Assembly: GCF_000143415.4 (NCBI RefSeq)
Contig: NW_003314284.1
Span: 912,693-976,692, forward strand
DNA length: 64,000 bases
DNA from: Selaginella moellendorffii
Taxonomy: Eukaryota > Plantae > Lycopodiophyta
Direction of reading: 5' to 3'
Within the stretch, counting starts at the first letter, position 1, and the number at the start of each line of letters is the position of its first letter. Positions 36,463 through 50,148 of this stretch are shown here, piece by piece. A program made the position numbers and the translations under genes. The notes beneath the pieces were generated by a model. The model had not been told where the DNA came from, made no database searches, and was given only the letters and a program-made list of their open reading frames with translations.

Positions 36463-38860
36463 GTTCGCGGGGCCTTACGAGATTGAGGCACGAATCGGTA
36501 AAGTGGCTTACCGACTCCGACTTCCTCGAGAGATGGGGAAGATGCACCCAGTGTTCCACGTGAACTTACTCAAGCCGTACTTTGAGGATCCGCTTCGCAA
36601 AGACCAAGTAAGACCTTTACCTGAGGTTATCCAAGGGGAAGAGGAATACGAAGTCGAGGCCATCCTCAATGCGCGCAAGAGCAAGCGACAAGGACGCGAG
36701 GTGAGAGAGTTCCATGTGAAGTGGAAAGGATTTCCACACTGCAAAGCAACATGGGAACCAAAGGAGAACCTAGCGAACGCGCGAGATCTAGTGGAGGAAT
36801 TTCTGCAAGGCAGAACTCTATGTACTTATGCAAAGTTCAATTAAAAGTATCAATTTGAGAAGTTGAGCAATGGCATATGTTGGGACCCGAAGGCGCGCCG
36901 AAGGTAAGCTAATTAGCATGGGTTAGCTAGGTCGACCAGGCGTAGGGAGCTACGCCCGACTCCCTGCGGGGATGTCGAATCCGTAGACGTATTCTACGGA
37001 GGTTGGGTTCGAGTCCCAACCCCCTAGTAAAGCAAGGCTGGGTTCAAGTCCCGACCCTATACTAGGGCGTGGTGAGGTGAGGAGTATAGGGACACCTATA
37101 TTCCGTTGTCATGGGCTCTTGGCCGGGGAGGCTAACTTAGGCACACCGCTAAGTGGGGGGATGCCCCCGGAGACATGGTCAACAAGTCGTAGGATAAAAA
37201 AGAGATGTTCGATGTGGGCATCGAACTTCTTCTATGGGTGGTGGAGTTGTAAGGAACCAACTCGCCGAGGTGTCGTAGGCTAAAGGAGCCCCGAAAGCTT
37301 GACCAAAATGATAAAAAGTTCGTCGGATGAAACCAAGTCTAAGATCGAGTCCAAGACCGACTCTAAGACCAAGTTCGAGATAGAGTCCGGAATCGAGTCC
37401 AAGACCGACTCGGAGACCGAGTTCGAGACCGAGTTCGAGACCGAGCTCGAGACGGAGTCCGAGATCCAAAATCGGGTCCGAGACCGAGTCCGAGATCGAG
37501 TCCGAGGTCGGGTCCGAGATCGGGTCCGAGATCGGGTCCGAGATCGAGTCCGAAACCGAATCCGAAGTCGGATCCGAAATCGAGTTCGAGATCAAGCCAG
37601 AGACTAAGTCCAAATACTAATACGGGTCAAGGGGTGAAAGCCCAAAGCGTGCGTCTCCCAGGGGGGGGCAGGCTGCAGAGGGTTCCAAAAGTATAGTAGG
37701 GATAGTGAGGTCCAGGAACCAGTTTTGAAGGGACTCTCTAGTGGGGCTTCCAAACTGACTTGAGGTTGAGACTGGGACCGAGGGGCCTTGGGTGGGAGTG
37801 AGTATGGACTTGGTTGGTGCCAGAGGGGCCATCCAAGGAAGTGCTCAAGAGCAGCTCCCACTCCCGAAAGGGAAACCGATTGCGGTGCTCCCGGCTCATG
37901 TGGAGTGGTGCCCCACTTGAGTACCATGTGGCTCATTGGTCCTCGCCCTTTCTAGGGGCTTGGGCCTTCCTTTGGGATGGAAGTGGGGGGGTAGAGGTAC
38001 CCATACCGGGCCGCTAGGCCACGGTGTTTCGCCCCAGTGTCCCGAAGCAAGTGTTGCACCTAAGACTTGGGATTTAGAGGGTCCCATGATCAAGTCTTGT
38101 GGTACCAAGGGATGTTAGGAACCTGGAAGCTTGATGTGCTTGGCTGCTTGTGCTTGCGGGGAGTGTAGCTGAACCTTAAGTCCAGTCTAACCCAGGGAGG
38201 GGGATTGGGAAAGATTGGGAATCCGTGGATGGATGGCTAATGCTCCGTTGCTCGTGCAGTGAGTAGCTGAAACCAAGTAGGACCAAGTAGGAGTTGGTAC
38301 CATAGGCGAGAACCTTGGCGAGGGAACTTAGCAAAAGCCAAGGCAGTGTCAAACGGATAGACGAGGTAAGCTGGCAAATTGGAAAGGAAAAATTTGTGGC
38401 TTACATAAGAGTCAGACCAAGTATGCTCAACTAAAAACACATAGGAGTTCCTACCTTATGTCCATCTAGATAAGTACAGGTGCTAAGCCCAGTAAACTAG
38501 CACTTGAACAAGAGGGGTTGATGAAGGGAACCAGCAATACCGACCTTCTACCATCGTGGCAGTAAGAAAAAAGTATCCATAAGGACTGGCTAACAAATGA
38601 CTTTTGATACCCAAAGTCATATTTGCGACACTCTCCCCCCCTAGGGAAGATCGACATCTTCGTCGATGCATACTCGAGTCTAGAACACTACAAAGGAAAC
38701 AAATCTAGAAAAATTTCACGGTGTTCACACTATGTGAGAAATGCACCAACTTAAATGAGTTAAGGATGCAACCTCTCTGTCTAATGTGGATGCACTACCA
38801 ACTCAAACACCTTCCGGCCGTTGCTGACAAGGAAATGACTAATGGAGTTAGCCACCCTTG

Positions 38861-41800
38861 TGTAAGCGACTAATTTTGCCATTCTACTTTAGTCATTTAA
38901 CCACCTGTCTGTCCACTAGGAGAAGTTTCACTCAACCTCCATAAGTCCAATTCAAGACTTAGGGCTTACTAACCCCGAGAATGGCATCCATGCCACCCCA
39001 CTTTTGCACTTGGTTCAAGTGCTCCACGTGTCAGATCCAATGTCCGACACCCCAAGGTACCACCGACATATCAACCCATTATGCTAGGCTATGCCCATTG
39101 ACCATTCAATCTCCTAGGGGAACTAGAGTCAGCTCTTGAACACTTCACCAAGCTACCTTGCTTGTCGGTCCGTATTCACTCTAGCCTTGGACTTCCCAGT
39201 GGTTATCCCATCACCTAGCACCTGGGCACAGCCTTCCTAGGCCAAACTGGTCTTTCCTGCCAAATTGACTCCACTGGGATCCAACCCCCACTCTCCCTAC
39301 TATACTTTTGGAACCCCCTGTAGGCGCCCCTACCCCTCTGGGGGATGATTGCTTTAGGCTTTTACCCAATTGCTTGTATTAGTATTCAGACTCAGACTCG
39401 GACTTGGACTTGGACTCAGACTCGGTCTTGGTCTCAGTCTCGGTCTTGGTCTCGGTCCCGGTTTCATCTCAGACTCCATCTCGAGTCCATCTCGAACTCC
39501 ATCTCGGACTCCATCTCGGGTCCATCTCGGACTCCATCTCGGAATCCATCTCAGGTCCATCTCAGGTCCATCTTGGGTCCGTCTTGGACTCCATCTCGGG
39601 TCCCTTTTCTAGAGACTCACTTATTGCTCGCTTCGTGCTTGTTTCTTGAGCCCTTCATTGGGAGTTCCACTCCCGCTCTTGACCTTTCAAGTCGGAGCTT
39701 TTAGTCCAAATGTGTTATGCTTGTTTGGCTTTTGCTTCAGCCACTACCACGTGGCACCCTTTTGGCTCCACTTTGGGGCTTAGGGATTTTTTTTTCACAA
39801 CTCCACCACCCATAGACGAAGTTCGATGTCCTCATCGAACGATAAAATATTTTATAAAGTAATACCAGCATGTATTACTCTTTCCATCCTTGGCACATAA
39901 CCAATATTCGTCAATGATTTGACACTGAAGGCTCACCATACCTTACGCATCTTCTAAGGAGCATAGTCTCTTCAATTTAGAGACTCATTCGACCACTTGT
40001 GGTGGTTCTCTCCTTTTATTGGTTTAGTTCTCACTAAACCTGTTAGAGACACCTTCTTTATTTCAATCTCACTACTCATTGTCGAGCAGTTTCAGTTTCC
40101 ATCGATATAACCTTTACACTTTGGAACTTTTAATTTTGACTTCTCGGAGTCAATTTCCTAGGTATCTCCGACACCTTGCATTGCACATGTGGTGCAACTT
40201 CACTTCCCCATCCTAGAAAGTTCTCTACTTGAGGGCACTATCATCCTCTCTTTGATTTCGTGCCACTTTTGGCACTAAGTTCTAGTTATCATAATTTGTG
40301 CTAGGGCTATCCACAGCCCTATCATTTGGCTACCTTATTGCTCCCTCCCTTGGAACTTCCACTTTTGCCATATCTGAGCGATTGATAATCCATCCTTGGA
40401 AATATAGTTCATTTCCTGCAATCCGTTAGCATCTAACACATTACTATTCCTCGCCTAATTTACCATTTGGATTCCTTCCAATGAATTCCTTGGCCCACAC
40501 TTGGCCACTAGTCTTTTGCTCATATCCGTTGATTGTTGTACTAAGCAACATAGGATCACTACTTCCATTCTCAAGGTATCCTTTTGGTTCTATGGCAAAG
40601 GCTCTATTTTGCCAAGTTTAGAGGGTGCTTACCCTTAGTAGGTCTTTTTAGCATTAGGCTCCATCGACGGCCCAACTTTGCGACCCTCCCATGAATCTTT
40701 CCTAGAGGCTACTTTCTTGGACTCGCTATACCATTGTATTGCAACAACTGATTTCCCTTTTGGTGTTCTTCCCATTTGGTCACTTTGACCAAGCCACACC
40801 ATTACCAACAATTTAAATTGACATTTTGAACTAAGAACCTTATTCCTTAACCTTACAAGGACCTCGTGTTTGTTTAGCCATGAGGTCACCTAGTGATCTA
40901 GCTGTGAGACACAAAATCCCTAGGCCCCAAAGTGGAGCCGAATGGGTGCCACGTGGTAGTGGCCGAAGCAAAAGCCAAATGAGCGTAACACGTTTGGATT
41001 CAAAGCTTTGACTTGAAAGGTCGAGACCGGGAGTGGAACTCCCAAAGAAGTGCTTGAGAAATAAGCACGAAGTGAGCAATAAGTGAGTCTCTAGAAAAGG
41101 GACACAACAGGAACAACACATGACATGTGGAAGAGTCCGAGATGGATCCGAGATGGAGTCCAAAATGGACCCGAGATGGATCCGAGATGGAGTCCAAGAT
41201 GGACCCGAGATGGAGTTCAAGATGGAGTCCAAGATGGAGTTTGAGATGGAGTCCGAGATGGATCCGAGATGGAGTCCGAGATGGATCCGAGATGGAGTCC
41301 GAGATGGACCCAAGCTGGAGTCCGAGATGGACCCGAGATGGAGTCCGAGATGGACCTGAGATGGACCCGAGATGGAGTCCGAGATGGACCTGAGATGGAG
41401 TATGAGATGGACCCGAGATGGAGTCCGAGATGGACCCAAAATGGAGTCCGAGATGGAACTGGGACTGAGACCGAGACCGAGACCGAGACCGAGTCTGAGT
41501 CTGAGTCCGAGACGGAACTGAGACCGAGTCCAAGTCTGAGTCTGAGTCCGAGTCCGAGTCCGAGTCCGAATACTAATACAGGCAGTTGGGTGAAAGCCCA
41601 AAGCGATTGTCCCCCAGGGGGGGGTTGTGAAGGGTTCCAAAAGCATAGTAGGGAGAGTGTGGGGGTTGGAGCCCAGTGGAGCCAGTTTGGCTAGGAAAGG
41701 CCAATTTGGCCCAAGAAGGCTGTACCTAGGTGTTAGGTGATGAGCTGACCACTGGGAAGTCCAAGACTAGAGTGAATATAGACCAACAAGCAGGTAGCTT

Positions 41801-44800
41801 GGTAAAGTGTTCAAGAGCCGGCTCTAGTTCCCCCAGGAGATCGAATGGTCGATGCTCCTAATCCAAGTGTCGATGGCACTACCTACTTGGATACTAGGCG
41901 TGGCTCAACAGAACCTCGCTCTAAGCCCATGGCTAGAGCACCCAAAGGCGGAAGGCGGGGAGAGTACCCATGAGGCCTACATAGGGCCATGGTGTTCTGA
42001 AATGTTGTCCCAAAGTCCCAAACTGTTAAAAGGAAGAGGAGCAATCCTCTGGTATGGTGACCAAGGACACAGTCACACGGTGAGGAAGTCTCAGAGGACT
42101 GTGGGACTAGTGGTCGAGCCTGTGGGCCTTGATCCAGTGGCAGTGTTGGCAAACACGGCCATGGACAGAAAGGGACTTAGTGAGGACCAGAAAGGAGATA
42201 TTGGGGAAGGTTATTCCCCATGTTTGCAGGCATCCCAAGGATGCTAAGGAGTGGATCTGGGATGACCACTCATTTGTATCGATTCCTCCCACCTCAAGGT
42301 GGAGAATTATGTGATTAATAGCCGACATCGCTCAAGACTCCACTCCACTTGCCACCTTAGTCACATCGGTGGCCCAACACCACCTGCATTGCAATCCTGC
42401 CTCTCCAAGACGGGGCCATCCATCCAAGGTGAATGGGCATGGCCTAGTGTAACGGGTTGATATGTTAGTGGTGCCTTGGGGTGTCGATTATGGGTTTGGA
42501 CACATGGAGCACTTGGACCAAATGCAAAAGTTAAGTGGCATGGATGCCATTCTCGGGGCAAGCAAGCCCCAAATCTTGAATTGGACTTATGGAGGTTGTG
42601 AGGGAGACTTCTCCCAGTGGTCGAAGGTATGGTTAAGTGACTAAAGTAGAATGGAATTATTAGTTGCTTACACTAGCCTTGACACCTTAATAGGTTTACC
42701 AATAAATACTAGGTCCTCCAGATCTTTAACTTGTTGACTATGACACTGGGGGCATCCCCCACACTTGGTGGTGCACCCAAGTTAGCCCTTCCGGCCAAGG
42801 GTCCATAGCAACTGAGACTAGGTGTCCCCATCTTATTCACTACACCCTTAGTGCTACTTGCACCAAAGTGTTTAAGTTAGATATGCCGAGCCACACTAAG
42901 CAATCTAACTATGCATCATGACTCTGGGGCATCCCCCACTTGGCGGTGTGCCCAAGCTAGTTTTCTTACTAAGAGTCCATGACCACCAAAAAATACATGT
43001 CCTTATATTCCAAACCATCACCGCGCCTTAGTGAGTTGGGACTTGAACCCAAATACTAAAGGGTCAAGAGTTGAACCCAACCTCCGTATATGCATTTACG
43101 GACCATATCACACATGATGCCTGGCGTGACTCCCCATGCTGGTGCACCAACTTATACTTAAAGTGCGGTACAAATCACAGCTTAGGAACCTAGTTCCTTC
43201 GCACTGCCAAGTCCTCTCACTTGACATGTCTGTGATTATGCATGGACCTTTTCATGCTTGGCCCCATGAGCCACCCTTTTTGAAGTTAGCACCTTCAACT
43301 AGGGTATTTGTTCCCCCAACTTGCCAATCTCACTTAGCAAGTCATCCGGCCACCATAACATGGTTCATGCATAAGCGTGAAAGTCTTCAACCATTGATTT
43401 TCGTTCAAAGCCTTTTTTTTGAACACTTGGGAACTACTTCCCTAACCTTGATAGCTTCACCTTATAGCAAGCTTCAAGACCACACTTCTGCTGTGCCATT
43501 CTGATTTTACGCATTCTATGAACCATTTACATTTGGCTTTCTAAGTATCAAACTACCTAGAATTGTTTTTGGGAACCTTTGAAGGAATTCTGTCCCTTAG
43601 TTTGCTAAGGTCTCTCCTTTCGCAAGCTTTCTAATTGCCATATAGTCTAACATGGACAATTCCATGCTCTAGACTCTCCATGGCATCATGGCTGCTAGTA
43701 ACAACATGCTTAAACACCCACTTGATTCTCCACTCCCAACTTGCATAACCACCCTTGGTTATGCCTATCGATTCCTATGGTTTAGTTCCATCCCTGTACT
43801 ACTTGCTTTTGGCCTCACACATTCCTTCGGTTATTCTCCTCCAGATTAGGAGGATAGTTTTGCACTTTCTACCATGCCTTAGCAAGTAGTTATAAGGATG
43901 AACCTACCTGATAGTCTAGAGAGTGGTTCCTCAATCTGGGTATGCTCACTTTATAATCCCATGCATTGGGATTAATATTGCTACTTATGGGCCTTTATAT
44001 GCCCATCATTAGCGTTTGCCAAAATCCCTTTTTGGTTTTGTCTAATTCGGGTAGACGGACTTCTCCCGTCTCCACAACTTTGGACGTTTGGATAGCACTT
44101 TTTATCCATCATTTGTTAGAGACTTTGTCCCTTGGGCCTTATCTTTTGCCCTCACAACACCAAACACCACCTCCTGGTGTTCTAGAGTGTTTGCGTGTCT
44201 CAATGATGGCCTCTTTAACAATGAGCATTCCCTTTACGACATTGACTTACTATATCACAACATAAGAATTTATCCCCCATAAGGGTATATCTAACTTCCT
44301 TATCCCAATAAGAAGTCTTAGATAGTTACTTTCTACCAATTTAACAAATTATTTTGCACCTTTTGTTTAGTTGCCTCATAGTTGTCAAGTCCTACAACTC
44401 ATTGTTGGTGCTTTTGCACCTCCATCATTATTTGGGTCACCACACGACAACCACATGCCTTCCAATTTAAGCTATACCATTCCCATTTCCATTAAGATTC
44501 CTTTGGAAGGGGTTCTCATGAACCTGCCAACTTGACCTCAAGACAGCACACCTTGGCACATTTGGTGTTTCCACACCATCGGCTCCACAAGCCTACCTCT
44601 ATGACACTTCTTATTTATGTTTAAGTCTTTGCTAAGACCAATACAGTTGTCTCTTATGCCAATTATCTATTAACACTGCACCATAAAATTTATGCACAAC
44701 TTTGTGTCAAAGTTGTTTTCTTCTGGGAAACTCTTTCCCTCGACTTTAGCATAGTACATTCTGCCACCAATTTTAAGATCCTCCCCATCCTTTGTGAAGC

Positions 44801-44907
44801 ACAATACATCTCAATCCAAATGCTTTTTCCAATCTCTTAGGACCCTTCCTTGACTCTACTTGAGTCATCTAACATTTTTGGACTTTGCTAATCTAATGAC
44901 CCATAAG
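38861..44907 (-). mobile_element. Family A copy A2 (3' LTR 38861-39799 with internal deletion, PPT, non-coding internal region), interrupted by B2
   Basis: Colinear with A1 2831-3091 and 15837-18930. B2 is inserted at the position homologous to ~18930. The rest presumably lies beyond the window. Confidence 0.85.
40903..42672 (+). mobile_element. Family A solo LTR nested in A2
   Basis: TGTGAGACAC...GCTTACA. TSD CTAGC at 40898-40902 and 42673-42677. Confidence 0.92.
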
Positions 44908-46457
44908 TGTAAGCCACAAATTTTTCCTTTCCAATTTGCCAGCTTACCTCGCCTATCCGTCCAACACCGCCTTGGCTTTTGCTAAGTTCCCTTGCCAAGG
45001 TTCTCGCCTATGGTACCAGCTCCTACTTGGTCTCAGCTACTCACTGCACGAGCAACGGAGTGTTAGCCACCATCCACGGATTCCCAAATCACTCCCAATC
45101 CCCCTCCCCGGGTTAGACTGGACTTAAGGTTCGGCTACACTCCCCGCAAGCACAAGCAGCCAAGCACACCAAGCTTCCAGGTTCCTAACATCCTTTGGTA
45201 CCACAAGACTTGATCATGGGACCCTCTAAATCCCAAGTCTTGAGTGCAACACTTGCTTCGGGACGCCGGGGCGAAACACCGTGGCCTAGCGGCCCGGTAT
45301 GGGTACCTCTTGCCCCCCACTTCCATCCCGAAGGAAGGCCCAAGCCCCTAGGAAGGGCGAGGACCAATGAGCCGCATGGTACTCAAGTGGGGCACCACTC
45401 CACTTGAGCCGAGAGCACCGCAATCGGTTTCCCTTTCGGGAGTGGGAGCTGCTCTTGAGCACTTCCTTGGATGGCCCCTCCGGCACCAACCAAGTCCATG
45501 CTCACTCCCACCCAAGGCCCCTCGGTCCCAGTCCCAACCTCAAGTCAGTTTGGGAGCCCCACTGGAGAGTCCCTTCTAAACTGGTTCCTGGACCTCACTA
45601 TCTCTACTATACTTTTGGAACCCCCTGCAGCCCCCCCCCCCCTGGGAGACGCACGCTTTGGGCTTTCACCCCTTGACCCGTATTAGTATTTGGACTTAGT
45701 CTTTGGCTCGATCTCGGACCCGATTTCGGATCCGACTTCGGATTCGAGTTTGGACTCGATCTCGGACTCGATCTCGGACCCGATCTCGGACCCGACCTCG
45801 GACTCGACCTCGGACTCGGTCTCGGACCCGATTTCGGATCTCGGACTAGGTCTCGAACTCGGTCTCGAACTCGGACTCGAACTCGGTCCCCGAGTCGGTC
45901 TCGGACTCGATTCCGGACTCGATCTCGAACTCGGTCCTAGAGTCGGTCTTGGACTCAATCTTCGACTTGGTCCCATCCGATGAACTCTTTGTCATTTTGG
46001 TCATGCTTTCGGGGTTCCTTTAGCCTACGACACCTCGGCGAGTTGGTTCCTTACAACTCCACCACCCATAGAAGAAGTTCGATGCCCACATCGAACGTCT
46101 CGTTTTATCCTACGACTTGTTGACCATGTCTCCGGGGGCATCCCCCCACTTAGCGGTGTGCCTAAGTTAGCCTCCCCGGCCAAGAGCCCATGACAACGGA
46201 ATATAGGTGTCCCTATACTCCTCACCTCACCACGCCCTAGTATAGGGTCGGGACTTGAACCCAGCCTTGCTTTACTAGGGGGTTGGGACTCGAACCCAAC
46301 CTCCGTAGAATACGTCTACGGATTCGACATCCCCGCAGGGAGTCGGGCGTAGCTCCCTACGCCTGGTCGACCTAGCTAACCCATGCTAATTAGCTTACCT
46401 TCGGCGCGCCTTCGGGTCCCAACATATGCCATTGCTCAACTTCTCAAATTGATACTT

Positions 46458-48854
46458 TTAATTGAACTTTGCATAAGTACATAGAGTTCTGCCATGCAGA
46501 AATTCCTCCACTAGATCTCGCGCGTTCGCTAGGTTCTCCTTTGGTTCCCATGTTGCTTCGCAGTGTGGAAATCCTTTCCACTTCACATGGAACTCTCTCA
46601 CCTCGCGTCCGTGTCGCTTGCTCTTGCGCGCATTGAGGATGGCCTCGACTTCGTATTCCTCCTCCCCTTGGATAACCTCAGGTAAAGGTCTTACTTGGTC
46701 CTTGCAAAGCGGATCCTCAAAATACGGCTTGAGTAAGTTCACGTGGAACACGGGATGCATCTTCCCCATCTCTCGAGGAAGTCGGAGACGGTAAGCCACT
46801 TTACCGATTCGAGCCTCAATCTCGTAAGGCCCCGCGAACCTGCTTAAGGAACTCAAGATCAATTCATTTACAGGAACACATGCATTTTTACCTTTGGGTC
46901 AACTTCCGGCTGATCCCACTTGGTAGCCTGAGGTTCTTGGTGTTCAGCCACACCTTCTCCCCAGCTTGGAACTCCACATCTCGACGCTTTTGGTTCGCGT
47001 ACTTAGTTTGCCTTTGTTGAGCCCGTTCCAAGGAATCCCTCACTAGATTCCAAATGTTGAGTCTTTCCGCCGTGAATGCCTCCACTGCGGGTAACTCTCC
47101 ATGATACTCGGCCACGCCGAGTTCCACAGGACCTTCAATAGCTCGCCCATTGATGACTTCCCATGGACTCACCCCGATGCTCGAATGTGGTGAGTTGTTA
47201 TAACACATTTCCGCAAGTCCCAAATGACTTACCCAGTCGGTCTGGTCTCCCGAGACATAGCATCGCAAATAATCCTCCAGCTGCCTATTCACCCTTTCCG
47301 TTTGTCCGTCTGTCAAGAAGTGTTAGTGCCATCAATCTTGACTCAATACCCATTACCTGTCTGTGGGTGATAGGCCGTGCTGAATTTCAACTTGGTGCGA
47401 TACTGTTCTAGGAGTGTCCTCCAGAACCTACTGGTGAAGATCTTATCCAGATCTGAGATAATCTCTTCCGGCCTTCCCCGCACTCGAACCACTTGTTCGA
47501 AGAACAGCTTTGCCATACCTTCCGCATCCACATCCGTTGTGGTGGGTATGAAATGTGCCATCTTTGAAAATCGGTCCACCACCACGAATATCGCATCGAA
47601 CCCCTCGCTTGGGGGTAGTCCCGTGATGAAGTCCATCGTAAGACATTTCCACGGACGATCTGGAATGGGGATGCTTTGCAACAAGCCCCCACTAGCCTTA
47701 GTCACGGCTTTGACCTGCTGACATGTTGGACATGTCTTTACATAGTCTTGGACGTCCTTAGCCATATCTGGCCAGTGATACTTCCTTTTGAGTAAGCCCA
47801 TCGTCTTGGGCACTCCGCCGTGTCCCGCGAGAGGTCCGTCATGACACTCTTCCAAGGCTACCTTCCTTAGTTCCCCTTCTGGAACATACACCCTCGTTTG
47901 CTTGTAATATATGAGTCTGTTGCGTTCCGCATAGCCCGTTTTCTCTTCCGTTGGCAGCTCACCTCTCTGGTGAGCTTCCCGCGCCTCCAGATTCCTCAGC
48001 AACACTTCTTGTGCTAGACCATCACTCTCGTATGCGGTCCGCACATCGTCCCAAAAGGTTGCTGTCGCGCTAGATATCGCCAACTTCAAGCTCGCTTTTC
48101 GACTTAGCGCATCTGCCACGATGTTGCTCTTCCCAGGCTTGTACAGGATCTCGCAATCAAACTCGGCCAAAGCATTGGCCCACCAACCTTGTTTTCCCCT
48201 TAGGTCGGGCTGTGACAAGAAGTGTTTCGTTGCCACATTGTCCGTGTAAACCTTGAAGTGTCTCCCAAGGTAGTGTCGCCACTCCTTGAGCGCCTTGACC
48301 ACCGCAAACAATTCCTTCTCGTGGGCAGGCCACTTCCGTTGAGCCTTGTCCAGCTTCTTCGAGAAGAACGCTACTGGATGGTTGTCTTGCTTCAAAACTG
48401 CGCCCAACGCAAAGTCTGAAGCATCCGTGTCTACCTCAAAGTCCTTACCAAAGTCTGGTAATGCCAACACTGGAGCCTTCCTCAACTTCCCTTTGAGGTG
48501 GACGAATGCCGTCTCGCATTCCGCTGTCCATACCATCTTCCCTTTTCCTGTTTGGTCCGTTAAGGGCAGGGCTACTCTCGAATAGTGTCTGATAAACTTT
48601 CGATAGTAGTTGCATAGCCCCAGTAACGCCCTCAACTCATGTACATTCGATGGTCGTTCCCATTCCTGGATCGCTTGGACCTTCTCCGGGTCCACCTTGA
48701 GCCCGTCCTGGCCCACCACATGCCCGAGAAACTTTACCTCTTGTTGAGCAAAGTCACATTTGCTCTCTTTAGCATACAGTTTGTGTTCCTTTAGTTTCTC
48801 AAACACCTTCGCCAAGTGTTCGGCATGCTCCTCTAGCGTCTCGCTATAGATCAG
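46458..48854 (-). pseudogene. B2 pol, 3' part: RT C-terminus, RNase H, integrase (two introns), chromodomain
   Basis: ORFs 47343-48965, 46888-47316 and 46458-46862 join into one frame when the 47-nt and 52-nt introns are removed. No other lesion seen in this part. Confidence 0.9.
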
Positions 48855-49285
48855 AAGCTCTATTTCGTTAAAGTGGGAATTGTCATTATCCCACTTGTAA
48901 AATAAGGTTTCCAAACCTTTATATAGTATATAAATATAACAAAATTCAACTGCATTGAGGCACATGCCATTTTATTTTAAACAAGGAAATGTCTACTCAA
49001 TCACTTCTCACTGCTTCACCTCTCTCTTCTCCTTGTCATTGTCGTCCAATTTCTTTCCATCCTTTTAATATTGGCTCAGTTGCTCCGAGTCTAGGTGGAG
49101 CCCAAGTCCCCATTCAATCTTTACTTTCCCCTTATTAATAAAACAACTTCGTAGACTTCCAATAACATGCTGTAACACTTCTAGTATAATGCAAATCCTC
49201 TCAAAGAATTGTCTTTTAATATTAATACAATGGCATGGAACCCCATGCCATAATAAGTTACATTTTTAAATAAATACATGCCATC

Positions 49286-50148
49286 TCAGACTGTTATTTT
49301 TTGCCTCCAACGCCTATACAATAATCTTGGAATTTCATCACTCTCCACACTATCAGGATTTAAACCCAATAGTAATGCCATCTCTTCTCTAATACGTCCA
49401 CGCTCATGTTCAGTGGTCGAAGAACCCATCCGGTTGAGCAGCTTATGGAGATGCGGATAGTGCTTGGCTAGACAATATACATGCCATAAATGATGACTGG
49501 TGTCTGTCCGATCAAATGGCTTCTGATATACCGTTCCATCTGCCATTTGGTTGATTTCTGCAGCCACCTCCTGGACTGGCCGATTCTCTATCACCATCGC
49601 TTCAAGCCGTTTTGCAAGGTCCCCCAGAACATACGGTTTCTTCTCCCTAGTTTCCATACTGCAAGAGATGGGGTGCACTGCATATGTGTGCGTGTTCGCT
49701 GCAGTTTTAATCGGCGAGTCATCGATGATGAGGATTTCACTTGACCTAGCAGTCCGGTTCATCACTACAGCCTCTGGCTTGACGAAGATGGGCTTGCTAC
49801 CCCTCACATGGACCATAGTCAAGCAATCCTCCTGCGTTAGGAGAAAGTCAAATGGTAATATTACTCGCGTCTGATCGTGCATCATCTGTAGCAACGTTAA
49901 TGCATTGTGGCGCATCATGGATGTCCAAACTCCCAATTGCAAATTGAACCCGGCCCTCTGTTTTAAGTGTCGCATGGTCATTATTAGATCCCACAGTTTC
50001 TCCCGTGTGATTAATGTGAATCTGTCTCTTTTGACCAACTTGCGACCGCAGGCTTTGGAGGGTGCAGTGACATTCGAGGACGAGCCACGCTCATGGGAGA
50101 AAAGGACACCGTTCAGATCAAAAACGATACAGTACCTTCGCCGTGACT
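49286..50148 (-). CDS. Last exon of the cargo gene: FCP1/SCP (NIF)-like HAD phosphatase domain, intact in copy 2
   Basis: Motif I CIVFDLNGVL, motif II LGVWTSMM, motif III FVKP, motif IV LIIDDSPIK..N. Confidence 0.75.

Larger units (their letters stand above)
32098..36844 (+). pseudogene. gag-pol of B1 (Gag CCHC knuckle, protease, RT, RNase H, integrase, chromodomain), with stops, a frameshift and two introns
   Basis: CYNCGEAGHFSREC; LIDTGAS; YIDDILIYS; DTDASE; HHCC zinc finger and MDFITGLP; chromodomain EEYEVEAIL..FHVKWKGF..TWEP. Deletion at ~34112 and several TGA/TAG codons. Confidence 0.92.
30873..38405 (+). mobile_element. Full-length Ty3/Gypsy chromovirus B1
   Basis: LTRs 30873-32038 and 37248-38405 (TG...CA). 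TSD TAAGA at 30868-30872 and 38406-38410. PBS TGGTATCAGAGC at 32042-32053. PPT GGGTGGTGGAG at 37236-37246. Confidence 0.96.
29963..38860 (-). mobile_element. Family C 3' LTR (~29963-30872 plus 38411-38630), PPT and 3' UTR; split by B1 and bounded by A2
   Basis: 38411-38860 is the reverse complement of ~1135-1570. PPT at 38631-38645. The left boundary (TG at 29963) is inferred from where RT homology stops. Confidence 0.55.

Noticed and set aside
37002-37056. tRNA gene or SINE
   Set aside because: Only T-arm-like hairpins are present. There is no A-box, D-arm or anticodon arm, and no cloverleaf.
48855-48965. N-terminus MCLNAVEF... of the 540-aa pol ORF
   Set aside because: It is chance read-through from the transposon's left end into the interrupted RT.
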